A stretch of 29,180 bases of DNA from positions 1 through 29,180 of the IMG/VR virus record IMGVR_UViG_3300044455_000044; one strand, written 5' to 3'. The translations under genes were made by a program, and so were the position numbers. Shown here in pieces: positions 6,316 through 15,928 of the stretch; the first letter of the stretch is position 1; the number at the start of each line of letters is the position of its first letter. The stretch comes from a virus. Taxonomy: Duplodnaviria; Caudoviricetes. The notes beneath the pieces were generated by a model. The model had not been told where the DNA came from. It was given only the letters and a program-made list of their open reading frames with translations, and searched no databases.

Positions 6316-6741
6316 ATGTCTGAACGTAAGTCTATCATATCCCGTGACAACTATGTTGCGCCAGGCCCACTCCCGCCCCGCATGGAGATCATTCAGCCCG
6401 GCGAGCTGCCGTCCATGCTGCCTGTCGCCCAAACCAGCGTTGAACTACGCACAAATTACGTAGACCGCAGCAAAGGTTTTCAGATCGCCACCCTGCCCAT
6501 CAGCATCGCCTTTGGCGTGGGTGCACTGGTCGTGGCCGTCGTCGGCTACAGCGTGCCCGTGCTCAGCCTCGGCGCGCTCGCCGTCTTCTGGCTGGCCTTC
6601 CTGGGCTGGTGGCTCTTGGGCTGGGCCATCCATCATCTAGCCTCGCCTGATGGTGTCGCCCTGCTCTCCGCCATCCTCATGTATCGCATCGTGCGCCACG
6701 AACAGCGCGAGCGCATCAAGAGGTACCGCCACCATGAATAA
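6316..6741 (+). CDS. Hypothetical membrane protein (2-3 TM)
   Basis: AAAGGA RBS; hydrophobic segments ISIAFGVGALVVAVVG and LGALAVFWLAFLGWWLLGWAI; basic C-terminus. Confidence 0.8.
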   Translation: MSERKSIISRDNYVAPGPLPPRMEIIQPGELPSMLPVAQTSVELRTNYVDRSKGFQIATLPISIAFGVGALVVAVVGYSVPVLSLGALAVFWLAFLGWWLLGWAIHHLASPDGVALLSAILMYRIVRHEQRERIKRYRHHE

Positions 6742-7204
6742 TGGCATCTACGAAAAGCTCACGCGCAAAAGTGTCATCATTGAGTCCCAGCCCCAGCGCC
6801 ACACCCACATCGCCCGCGCCGCCGCCAACTTGTCCCGGCGCAACGTGGATCAAGCCACTGTCGAACTGCTCAACGAAGCCCACGCCCGCCTCATTGTTCT
6901 ATGCTATGAGCGTGACGAATCCGGGCAACTTTGCAACGTAGATCCCGCCACCGGCAAGGTCCTGATCCCGCTGCCGTGGGGCAAGTCCGGTCATGCCAAA
7001 TGGGGCATCGCCCCCAGCGAAGCCGACGCCCTGCGCGCCATCATGTTCGCCCGCCAGCAAAATGGTGTGCCACTGTTCCATTTCGACCGCAGCCGCCGCG
7101 CATGGTACGTCAACCTAGCGGATCACCCGGCGCTGCCTGTGCTGGCAGAGTGGCAGATAAGCGTGGCCGAGTATCGGGAAGCTAGGGGTGATGGTGGTGC
7201 ATAG
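6734..7204 (+). CDS. Hypothetical protein, 156 aa
   Basis: ATG 6734 (MNNGIYEKL...) overlaps upstream stop, GAGG RBS; no recognised motif. Confidence 0.72.
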   Translation: MNNGIYEKLTRKSVIIESQPQRHTHIARAAANLSRRNVDQATVELLNEAHARLIVLCYERDESGQLCNVDPATGKVLIPLPWGKSGHAKWGIAPSEADALRAIMFARQQNGVPLFHFDRSRRAWYVNLADHPALPVLAEWQISVAEYREARGDGGA

Positions 7205-7329
7205 GGCGGTGCCCAGGAGGCACCCCCCGCCAGGAGCGATGGTGGTGCAGGGTAGCGAATACACAAGAGCAAGACAAAGGAGAAGTATTATCTAAGTCTC
7301 TCCACAAACCATCAAAAAGGAAATCATAA

Positions 7330-8148
7330 ATGGTACATTCATCTAAAGAGTGGGAATCAAGCGAGCAGGCATGGTGGAATCATCGCTATGCGGCGACGCC
7401 ACAAGGACAAGCGCGTCAATCTACCTCTACCCTCGCCCGCCCCATGGAGTTGCGAGCATACCGCCGCGCGCCCATGTTCACAATCGCCTTGCGCCACATT
7501 CTCACGTTGCCCGCAAACGAACGCATTTGGATTGACATTGGCGCCGGCCATAGCTCGACGATAGCCAACCTCGTTCACCCCCAGCACTATTACTATACCT
7601 ACATTGCCACCGACATCAGCTACGCCGGGCTGGATCGCGGCAGGCGCATCGCCGCCAGCGTGCCCGTGCAACACGCGGCCTCCGCCGTGCCCTTTGCGCC
7701 CGCTTCCGCCGCGGTTGTCTCCGGCCTGGGTGTTCTGCATCATTTCCCAGACCCGGCGCAAACCTTGCGTGATATGATCGCCTTGCTTGCCCCCGGCGGC
7801 ATCCTGGTGCTGCACGAAGTGCGCAACAAGCCGCGCATCGGCCTGGGTCGCACGCGTAGCCTGACCGCTGCCAAAGATAGCCCGCATGAAGGCCACATTG
7901 ACGAGGAAGAAGTACGCGCCATCATCGACGCCTCTTGCGATACTGTCTATCACGCAAGAAGTATGACGCCCGGCTTGGTCGCCCTCAGTATGGCATTCAA
8001 GCTCGATCGCTTCTGCGCGCGCAGTCACCGTCTAACCAAACTCGCCGCCGCCGTGGATGATGCCTTCGCCATGACCGTGAGCCGCCTGCATCCCGCCCTA
8101 CAACCCTGGGAAATGTTTCTTGTCGCTAAATGCCGTGGCTGCCCGTAA
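7330..8148 (+). CDS. Class I SAM-dependent methyltransferase (small-molecule/glycan type)
   Basis: Motif I WIDIGAG, post-II ATDIS, GVLHHFPDP, LAPGGILVL; no DPPY/NPPY or PC DNA-MTase motif; AAAGGA RBS. Confidence 0.85.
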   Translation: MVHSSKEWESSEQAWWNHRYAATPQGQARQSTSTLARPMELRAYRRAPMFTIALRHILTLPANERIWIDIGAGHSSTIANLVHPQHYYYTYIATDISYAGLDRGRRIAASVPVQHAASAVPFAPASAAVVSGLGVLHHFPDPAQTLRDMIALLAPGGILVLHEVRNKPRIGLGRTRSLTAAKDSPHEGHIDEEEVRAIIDASCDTVYHARSMTPGLVALSMAFKLDRFCARSHRLTKLAAAVDDAFAMTVSRLHPALQPWEMFLVAKCRGCP

Positions 8149-10720
8149 TCGCCCAGCGCGGGTTGCCGGTCGGCGTTGTCCCAAGCCGTATTGTCACGCT
8201 GTCGCCAATATCGGGTAACGACAGGCTGGACGCCACGGTATCGGCCGTCAGCAAGCCCTGCGTGGCCGTAAAGGAGACTGTCAGCGCATCCGTACCACTT
8301 ACATTCGTAATCGTGATCGTCTTGCCCTTCAGCCCAGACAAAAAGGCGTTGCTGGGGAGAAAGGGTACGTAGATCGTATTTGTCGCGCCACCGCTGCCTG
8401 GGTTGAACATGATCTGCGAGGCGTTGCGCAAATCAATCGTGGCGTCTACATCGTTAATTTGCACTTCGCTCAGATAGCCGTAATTCGGCTCACCCGTCAT
8501 CCAACTGGCGATGCCTGTTGACGAATCGCCCAGCGCGCCCGTGTAGTCAGCCGTCGCCACACAAAAACGCATAAAGACCACCGATTGACTTCCCGTTGAG
8601 CTGAGCGCGCTAAACGGCCTGATACAGCCTTCGAGCGAGCTGTTCTCAAAAGTGACCGCCGACCGTATCGCCGCGCGCGTGTTAAGTACCATATCCGTCG
8701 TGCGCACCGTGCAGCCGTTGACGTAGACGCGGCACGCATCATGGGTTTGGCCCTGCTGATTATAAATAAACGAAATAAAGTGTTCCACCCGGGCGCCGGT
8801 GATGCGCAAGCCACCGTTGACAGCGCCCTCCGTTACCGCTATGTTGACGGCGTTGGATTGCTTGTACGCTTGCCAGACGACGGTGCCATCGGATACTGTC
8901 GCCCCGTAGGTCGTCGGCCATGTCGGCTCCTGGCTCGTCATCCAAATACTGTTGAGCGAAGCGCTGTCGGGGTCGCCGCCCGCCGCCAGACGGATGTAGA
9001 TCGTGTTATAGCCCTTGGAATCGTTGTCGCCATAGCCCCACTCGCTTGCGGCCAGCCTGCCTGCAAAACCGTACGTATAGGCCGTGCCGTTGACCATAAC
9101 GCCAAAGGGCTGCGACAGCGACGGGTTGGTGCCGGCCGCCAGCGTGCAATAGTATTCGTTGGTGCCTCTGGCGCTCACCGTCCAGGCGTAGGAGGCGGTG
9201 CGGATGCTGTTGTTGAGCGGGTTGGCGGCGCTTGTGCCGGCCGAGGTGCATTTGTACCACCAGCCATTGGCCCCCGCCTGGCCCGGCCGCACATAGGCGC
9301 CCAGCGCATAGGCCGTATTCGGGCGCCAGCGATTCGCAATGTGGCCCTTCAGTTCCTGGTTGATTTCACAGTGAATGCCCTCGATTAACAGCCCTTCATT
9401 GCGTACGCCCGTGGTGGCGGTCAGGTAAATCAGATTGTCATGCCCGCGCAGCACGCAGTTACGGATGGCGCTATCCTCCGTGCCCATCAGGTAAATGCCG
9501 TAAAGCGAATCGCCGCTGGTGGTTGACATCATGTTGGCAAAATGGCATTGCTCAATCAGGACATTGGCGGAAGGAGAAACGTTATTCGCCGCATGGTCGT
9601 TGGAGAGATAGACTACCGCCTGCCCCAAGGTGCCGCCAGATGTGCAATGCGTAATTTCCAACTGGTCACACTCATACAAGGACGAAATGCAGCGATAAAA
9701 GCCCTGGCTAAAGGTCACGCTGGCAATCGTCACATGCACACAGTTCGCATGGGTAAAATAGTCTCCCACCGAAATAAGCCCGCCGATGCGAATGCCGATA
9801 CTGGTGGTGGTCGTGCTGTCGTTGCCCACCAACGTCAACATGCGAATCGTTGTCTGCCCCGGAATCAGAAAGACTGAGATATTGGTCGTGGCGCGTACGA
9901 TGGTGCCTTCCGCACCGCGCCGCCCACCCCCGCTGATCACCATAGCGCGGCCCTCACCGCCAACAAGCGGCACGGTAATCGTACGGTTGACCATGTAGGT
10001 GCCCACAGGAATATAAACATTCTCCACAGCAACATCAGTCACCGTGCCGCCCGTCAGCACCGCCTCTTGGATAGCGCACCAGTCGTATTCATCCGCCGCC
10101 GTAATCGTGAAGGCGGCGTGCGTCAACGGAAAGGCCGCCTGCGCCGCTGTCAGCGCCGCGCCGCCGCCGATCACGTGGCTGCTACCATCGCCGTAGGCGC
10201 CAAAAGCCTTGACGTTGACTTCGCGCTCCAGCGAGGCGACCGCCGCCGGCAACGTTGCCGAGGCAGTACCGCCACTATAGACCGCCATCGCCGCCTGATA
10301 CTCCGACTCCGAGATCATGGTGATTAGCGCATTGTCGGGAATACCGCCCGTGCCAAGTGCTTCGGCAAATGTCAATTCCGTCTCGCTAAAAATGGCGTAA
10401 ATCGTGTTGTAAGCAATCACGCCAGACGCCAAAGAGTAGGCAACGCGCGCACCGGCGATAAAGCCCGTTGAGCTATCGACAACTACGTTTATTTCCCCCG
10501 ACCCAGTCGGCCCATCCGCCAGGGTTGCCACATTGCCACCCGAAAGCACCAGGCTATCAAAGCGCGAGCCAATCGAAGGATATGCACCGCGCGCCGCCGT
10601 TAGCTCCGTGCTGTTGGCGCTGAGCTGCGTGTCCATTGTCCCAAAAGGGTCATTCCAAATTGCGGCGTCATTCTTGCGGCTGTCGCCATTCACAATTGGT
10701 GTGTGAAAATTTTGTGTGAT
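8126..10720 (-). CDS. Tail spike / receptor-binding protein with pectate-lyase-like beta-helix
   Basis: VNVKAFGAYGDG...AIQEA...VYIPVGTY beta-helix entry motif; last gene of tail module; start is probably ATC 10720 (ORF track uses GTG 10693). Confidence 0.8.
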   Translation of the reverse strand: MTQNFHTPIVNGDSRKNDAAIWNDPFGTMDTQLSANSTELTAARGAYPSIGSRFDSLVLSGGNVATLADGPTGSGEINVVVDSSTGFIAGARVAYSLASGVIAYNTIYAIFSETELTFAEALGTGGIPDNALITMISESEYQAAMAVYSGGTASATLPAAVASLEREVNVKAFGAYGDGSSHVIGGGAALTAAQAAFPLTHAAFTITAADEYDWCAIQEAVLTGGTVTDVAVENVYIPVGTYMVNRTITVPLVGGEGRAMVISGGGRRGAEGTIVRATTNISVFLIPGQTTIRMLTLVGNDSTTTTSIGIRIGGLISVGDYFTHANCVHVTIASVTFSQGFYRCISSLYECDQLEITHCTSGGTLGQAVVYLSNDHAANNVSPSANVLIEQCHFANMMSTTSGDSLYGIYLMGTEDSAIRNCVLRGHDNLIYLTATTGVRNEGLLIEGIHCEINQELKGHIANRWRPNTAYALGAYVRPGQAGANGWWYKCTSAGTSAANPLNNSIRTASYAWTVSARGTNEYYCTLAAGTNPSLSQPFGVMVNGTAYTYGFAGRLAASEWGYGDNDSKGYNTIYIRLAAGGDPDSASLNSIWMTSQEPTWPTTYGATVSDGTVVWQAYKQSNAVNIAVTEGAVNGGLRITGARVEHFISFIYNQQGQTHDACRVYVNGCTVRTTDMVLNTRAAIRSAVTFENSSLEGCIRPFSALSSTGSQSVVFMRFCVATADYTGALGDSSTGIASWMTGEPNYGYLSEVQINDVDATIDLRNASQIMFNPGSGGATNTIYVPFLPSNAFLSGLKGKTITITNVSGTDALTVSFTATQGLLTADTVASSLSLPDIGDSVTIRLGTTPTGNPRWAITGSHGI

Positions 10721-10736
10721 GGTACACCTCCCTAAA

Positions 10737-12905
10737 TCACGTCAAAGCGATACTCTGAATAATCGTTCTCACGAGCAACTGTCCGTCGATCATGCAACTC
10801 ACGCGGCTGGCGAATGAGCCTGAAGCCTTACGCCGAAATTCCAGCAGGTTGGATGATTGCAACGGCACAAAGTTGGCATCATAGAGCACTTCCGTCATGT
10901 CCAGGCGATACCAGTTGCTACCTAAGGAAACAGCGTCATCAGAGAGCGCAATCCACCCCCCGCCGTTGACCTGATACTCTAAATCCGTAATATCGAAGGT
11001 CAGGCTGTTCGTCTCCCGGTAAACGCCATAAAGCGTAGTAATTACAGGCGTTACCGTGTGCGTATGGTCCGTCAAGGTCAGCCCGTGCGTATGCGAGGCA
11101 TCGCTGCTGCTGGTCGGCGTGGTCGCACCGCCGTCACCGCTAGAGACAGTCGTTGCGCCGCCATCATCGCTGGTGGCGACATCGCCGCCGCCCGGTGTCG
11201 TGTTGAGGTGTTTGTCGCCAGCGCCGGCCCCGGTATAGTTCATCACCACGTTGCCGCCGACAATCGTCAATGAAGCCGTGCGGTCAAGCGCTCCGGTATT
11301 GGCAACATTGATATAGTGCTCGTGATCCGGAATGTCATGGTCATGGTCTGGTATCGTTACCGAATGACTGTGGTCGGCAATTGTCACCGTGTGGCTGTGG
11401 CTAGTGCCGCCACTGGTCGAAGTCACCGTCGCCCCACCTCCGCCCGAAGTGCCGGAGCTGCCGCCCACGCTGCGCACGGTAGATTCAAGCGGCAGCATCC
11501 TCGTGCCGTCGTCGGTTTCAAAATCAAAAGCCACCTGGTTGAGCTGGCACACTTCCGGCCCAAAGCGAAAGCGCACCTGCGCCACCTCACTCGATATGCC
11601 GTTATGCCAAACGTAGCGCTGGTAGTTCGTGACATAGCTATTTGGCCCCCGCTGCGGATGGCTCGTAAATAGCTTGCCCTGCTCCATGCCCGCCACCACC
11701 TCGCGGCTGCCATCTTCCATCCAGCGCGCAACACCCGCAACGGTCAGGTCACTACTGCGCGCCCCACTGCTATCAATGCGGTTGCGAATGGCGATGATCA
11801 CCATCTCCTCGCCGTCCACCACATAGCCCTGGTCTTGATACTCCACCGTGACGATATGGCCCACCGCCACAGAGCGAGGCAACTTGATTACATTCAACTT
11901 GTAAGTCTTCAGGTCCGCCGCAAAGTCATGTCGCTGCAAGTGTGCCAGCGCCGCATCAAAGAGCTGGTTGGCCGCGCTCGTCATGTCGGCCGAGGTGTTG
12001 GAAATGGCGCGGATGTCCTGAAAGCGGATATGCAGCCCGATGCTCTTGCCAATGGCCGTTACAGCGTTATTAGACTCGATATAGTTGTTGGCTTTGTTAA
12101 GGGTAAAGCCGCTGGGCGCGCTGCGCAGTGTCGGCCCCAGCGTCAGCCTCATATCGCCATCGCCCGCCCCGTAAGGGTAGATACGCGTGATCATGCGGAA
12201 AGCATCTACCTCTTCGCCAAAGCCCTGAATGAAGCAAATGTTGGGGTTGCTCTCCGCCTGCACAGGTTCGCCGGCAGTGGGAATGGCGCGCAGATGGTTG
12301 TTATCGGTGTCCGTTCGCAGCCAAACAATCTGGCGAGTGCCGTCAGTCGCCACGCGCCAGTGCTCGCCGCTCTTTTGCGCCGCCATCACCAGCGCCGCCA
12401 ACGCACTCTCGCCGCTGTACTGCCCATAGAGCGAAGCGCTGGTGGTGGCGTAGCCGTCTGTCGTGTCCAGCGTCCAGGTTGTGCCGTTGAAGGTGTTGGC
12501 AGCGGTCAATATCTGAGCAGGCCCATTCGTCACGCCGGCGCCGGAGCCGTTGGTCAAATTGAGGTCGCCCACCGGCGCTTCCGCCAGTTCGCCGGTCAGG
12601 TCGCGCCCGCGCACTTGCAGCCGCAAGATGCCGCTGCTGTCAACGCTCTTGGCCGTATGCTCGACAATCCCGCGAAACAAAAATTCCTCGTCAAAGGTAA
12701 ACGCCAACACGACGCCCTTGGGAATGACAAGCGCCGCCCGTGGGTCACTGAGCGCAAGGACGGCGCTAAAGTTTCCCGACTCGGATAGTCTGTAGCCATA
12801 CTCCAGGCTCAGTACCGTCACCAGCGGCCCCGGCCCAATGCGGTCGCCAGACCTATCTTCCATGTCAACGATTAGGCGATTCGGCCCAATAAATAAGTCA
12901 CTCAT
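10737..12905 (-). CDS. Tal-like baseplate hub / central tail fibre
   Basis: Follows Dit; LQVRGRDL and ITRIYPYG motifs of prophage tail hub proteins; C-terminal HxH repeats. Confidence 0.78.
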   Translation of the reverse strand: MSDLFIGPNRLIVDMEDRSGDRIGPGPLVTVLSLEYGYRLSESGNFSAVLALSDPRAALVIPKGVVLAFTFDEEFLFRGIVEHTAKSVDSSGILRLQVRGRDLTGELAEAPVGDLNLTNGSGAGVTNGPAQILTAANTFNGTTWTLDTTDGYATTSASLYGQYSGESALAALVMAAQKSGEHWRVATDGTRQIVWLRTDTDNNHLRAIPTAGEPVQAESNPNICFIQGFGEEVDAFRMITRIYPYGAGDGDMRLTLGPTLRSAPSGFTLNKANNYIESNNAVTAIGKSIGLHIRFQDIRAISNTSADMTSAANQLFDAALAHLQRHDFAADLKTYKLNVIKLPRSVAVGHIVTVEYQDQGYVVDGEEMVIIAIRNRIDSSGARSSDLTVAGVARWMEDGSREVVAGMEQGKLFTSHPQRGPNSYVTNYQRYVWHNGISSEVAQVRFRFGPEVCQLNQVAFDFETDDGTRMLPLESTVRSVGGSSGTSGGGGATVTSTSGGTSHSHTVTIADHSHSVTIPDHDHDIPDHEHYINVANTGALDRTASLTIVGGNVVMNYTGAGAGDKHLNTTPGGGDVATSDDGGATTVSSGDGGATTPTSSSDASHTHGLTLTDHTHTVTPVITTLYGVYRETNSLTFDITDLEYQVNGGGWIALSDDAVSLGSNWYRLDMTEVLYDANFVPLQSSNLLEFRRKASGSFASRVSCMIDGQLLVRTIIQSIALT

Positions 12906-14029
12906 TTGAAGTGATCATAAAAAGAGAATCGAATCGAATATTCCTGGTAAAAGGTCGTGCCGCCATTATTCGTATAAGTCACCGTAACCTCATTGTCGCC
13001 GGGAGCCAAGAGCACCCAGTTGGTGCGGTCATAGACGGTTAGGTCTGACCAGCTATCCTGTAGATAGTGCACGACGCCCTCGTCGTCACCCACCAGAATG
13101 ACTGTGCTCGGCGCTTCTGTCTCAGGCAATTTCTCAAAGTAAAATTCGGTCGTATCGGTCACGACAATATTGTGATAAACGCCGTCAAAATCTTCTGTAC
13201 CCGCGATTTCAACGCTGGCGCCTGTGGCCCAGCCATGATCAGAGACTGTAGTGATATAGACTCTTGCGCCACGATTGCGGATGAAACTGATATTGCCTGT
13301 CGTGGTGTCATGGCGCACCCGGCAAGACTTTTCGCCGCTATCGATGATCAGCGTCCAACCGCCACTAATGCCAGGGTTCACCCACTCCAACTTATGCCCC
13401 GTTGCGCCAAACTGGATCGTCACATCGTCCACGTTTTCGTCCAGCGCAACTTCAATGCGCATGTTGCGAACGTAGGTAGATCCGGCCGTGGTCAGCGTTT
13501 CTTGCAGCGTGCCGGAGGGCCAATCGAGGTCAAATGTGTGGTCCTGCATCCCCAACTCAGCCGTGCCATCGCCCAGGTAAAAAGTCTCGTCACCCACTTC
13601 CCAGGCAGATCCCGATTCAATCACCCCATACCACTGTTGCGACGCCGTAATAAAGGTCAGCGTACAGGGCAGCCAGTTGCCCTTGGCCTCCAGCGGTCGT
13701 GGATTATGCACCCGCTGTAGTCTCGCCCACTGCCACCAAATTTGGCCATTGTCGAACATGACAGAGAGTTTGCCGCGCTTGCCAATCTTGCCGCGAATGG
13801 CATTAAATTTCTCGTACATCTCGTCCGCTGTGTCGCCCCAGATCAAACAGTTGCGCGTGATGGGCCTGATGTTCTGCGGGCTGACACGCGAACCGTAATT
13901 ATCAAAAAAACCGCCACCCGGCAGTTGGTTAAACGAGGTCAGCGCATCGCCGGAACCAATGTCGTTGGAGCCGCCTTGCGGTAAATATTCAGGTAAAATG
14001 AGGCCGTCGAACATGTAAATTCTGTACAT
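12902..14029 (-). CDS. Distal tail protein (Dit-like) with inserted domain
   Basis: Position after TMP; GKRGKL and C-terminal WVLLAPGDNEVTV Dit pattern. Confidence 0.72.
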   Translation of the reverse strand: MYRIYMFDGLILPEYLPQGGSNDIGSGDALTSFNQLPGGGFFDNYGSRVSPQNIRPITRNCLIWGDTADEMYEKFNAIRGKIGKRGKLSVMFDNGQIWWQWARLQRVHNPRPLEAKGNWLPCTLTFITASQQWYGVIESGSAWEVGDETFYLGDGTAELGMQDHTFDLDWPSGTLQETLTTAGSTYVRNMRIEVALDENVDDVTIQFGATGHKLEWVNPGISGGWTLIIDSGEKSCRVRHDTTTGNISFIRNRGARVYITTVSDHGWATGASVEIAGTEDFDGVYHNIVVTDTTEFYFEKLPETEAPSTVILVGDDEGVVHYLQDSWSDLTVYDRTNWVLLAPGDNEVTVTYTNNGGTTFYQEYSIRFSFYDHFK

Positions 14030-15927
14030 TAAGCGCCCCGATACCGCATAGCGTCTAAGATGCCTTCGCCGGCGGAGAAGCCGCTTTCGTAGCCGCCATT
14101 CGCCAGGTTGACCTGAATCTGGTTGACGGTCGAAGGTGCCGACTCCTGAAAAGCATTGCCTTGCAACTTGAAATTACCCGCCCCGCCTAAGATGTCGTCA
14201 ATAATTTGTTGGTTATTGAGTCCGGGCGCATTCTGCTGGTTGAAGCCGCTTGGTGTGGGCGTAAAATTGCTGGAGCCGCCCAGCAGCGCGCCAATCGTGC
14301 TATCCCACCATTCCTTAATATCGTTCCAGGTGTCCTTGAGTCCCTCCCAAGCGCCGTTCATGGCTCCAACCAGTCCATTTCTCAGGTTAGGACCAAAGAC
14401 AAACTCAACAAAGTTGAGGAGAATATTGGCAAAGCCTTCAAAGTTGCCGCCGATAGATTTCCAAAATTCGTCCCAGTCGCCAGTCATCAGCGCATGGAAA
14501 GCGTCCTGCGTTCTGCCCCAATTCTCAAAGAAAATGCCAACCGTATCAAGCACCATGCGCACCCAACTGGTAAACGCTCCGAGCGTATTGGCAAGCCAAG
14601 TTGACCAGGTTTCCTCGGCGGACTGCCCACCGTTATCAAAGGCGGAATTGACGCGGATCCAGAATAGTTCGAAGTCTTTGTCTAAGGTCATGAACTCTTC
14701 GGCCTTGGTGCGCATCCCGCCCAAATCCTCTTCCCAAATTTTCTTGACACCTGCCATTGCCAGCGGAATCATGCCGACCAAATTGACCACCATGCCACTG
14801 ACAGAGTTGACTACGCCCTCGATCATCGGCAGATTTTCGTTGACAAACGCCAACATTGCCTCGCCGGCCGGCGCAATGCCGACTTGGAATTTGCGCCACA
14901 TGCCTTCGATCACGCTGCCGAGGTTGGAGTATTTGGTGTCGAGTGTCCCGGCTTGGTCTGACATTTTGTCGAAAGCATCGGCCATCGGGTCTATGTTGGT
15001 GATAACCGTTGCACCCAAATCCTCGAACTGCGTACCCAACAAGCCAACGCCCGCTTGAAATTGGATATTCGCATCTTCGGTTCTCTGGAGCGCGCTTGTG
15101 ACTTGAGAAAAGGCGTCTATCGCCGTGATGCTGCCATCGGCAAAGCCCGCCGCCATTGCATCAGCGTCAAGCCCGATTGCTTGCAGCGAGTCTCTAGTGA
15201 GGTCTGATCCGTCCTGAATGCGAACCCTAAACTCTTTGAAGGCGTCAGCGGCTTTGTCGGTACCTAGCATGCCACCCTGCAAGCCCGACAATAGCGTACT
15301 AAAGAAATTGTTCGCGCTTGCGCCGCCTTCTGCGAACTGTACCGAATACTCGCCAATGGTGTCTAGGAAATCGCCGCTTCTGTCCATTCCCAACTGATAG
15401 CCATCCGCCAACATGCCAAACGCTTCGTCACTTGTAATACCGAATTGTTCTGTTAGCGTCTTAACCGCATCAATGCTGTCAGCCACGTCAACGCCGAACA
15501 CATCCCGCAAGCGGAAAGCGTTTTCGGTCATTTCTTTCAACGCTGGGTCTTCAGCCGTGAGTCTCAGCCCTTTGGCTACATTCTCGACAGCCGTGCCCAC
15601 GTCCGCAATCGAGTCACCAAAATTGTTAGCATAGATATCTTTAATGGTCTGCCCGAATGCTTTGGCCTTTTCGCCATTCAGCCCAAGACTTGCGCCGATC
15701 TGGTCGGTGGCGGCGTCAATGTCGGAGGCAACGTTGAACGCCTCGGTGCCGATGCCGACAATGGCAGCACCGGCCGCCACAGCCGCACCGGCCAAACCCA
15801 CGCCGAATGCCTTCGCCATGGTGACGGATGCGCTTTGCGTCTTCTTTTCGGCGCTCCCCAGGTCTTTATCGAGTTGGCTATCATCGGCCTTGATGAAGAC
15901 AATCGCTTCTGCTAGGTTGAATGGCAA
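14029..15927 (-). CDS. Tape measure protein, 632 aa
   Basis: Ala/Gly-rich helical; GDFLDTIGEYSVQF...GTDKAADAFKEF minor-tail core; Trp/Phe-spaced repeats; TTG start 15927 behind AGGGGGG. Confidence 0.92.
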   Translation of the reverse strand: MPFNLAEAIVFIKADDSQLDKDLGSAEKKTQSASVTMAKAFGVGLAGAAVAAGAAIVGIGTEAFNVASDIDAATDQIGASLGLNGEKAKAFGQTIKDIYANNFGDSIADVGTAVENVAKGLRLTAEDPALKEMTENAFRLRDVFGVDVADSIDAVKTLTEQFGITSDEAFGMLADGYQLGMDRSGDFLDTIGEYSVQFAEGGASANNFFSTLLSGLQGGMLGTDKAADAFKEFRVRIQDGSDLTRDSLQAIGLDADAMAAGFADGSITAIDAFSQVTSALQRTEDANIQFQAGVGLLGTQFEDLGATVITNIDPMADAFDKMSDQAGTLDTKYSNLGSVIEGMWRKFQVGIAPAGEAMLAFVNENLPMIEGVVNSVSGMVVNLVGMIPLAMAGVKKIWEEDLGGMRTKAEEFMTLDKDFELFWIRVNSAFDNGGQSAEETWSTWLANTLGAFTSWVRMVLDTVGIFFENWGRTQDAFHALMTGDWDEFWKSIGGNFEGFANILLNFVEFVFGPNLRNGLVGAMNGAWEGLKDTWNDIKEWWDSTIGALLGGSSNFTPTPSGFNQQNAPGLNNQQIIDDILGGAGNFKLQGNAFQESAPSTVNQIQVNLANGGYESGFSAGEGILDAMRYRGA

Positions 15928-15928
15928 T

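Noticed and set aside
7357-8028. 223-aa minus-strand ORF
   Set aside because: Antisense to the methyltransferase, which has clear motifs and an RBS
7330-8148. DNA methyltransferase / restriction-modification role
   Set aside because: No DPPY/NPPY or PC catalytic motif and no adjacent nuclease
11835-12788. Long plus-strand ORFs (also 14156-15058, 24802-25635, 8741-9388, 13067-13720)
   Set aside because: Antisense shadows of well-supported minus-strand genes in GC-rich DNA, with no motifs
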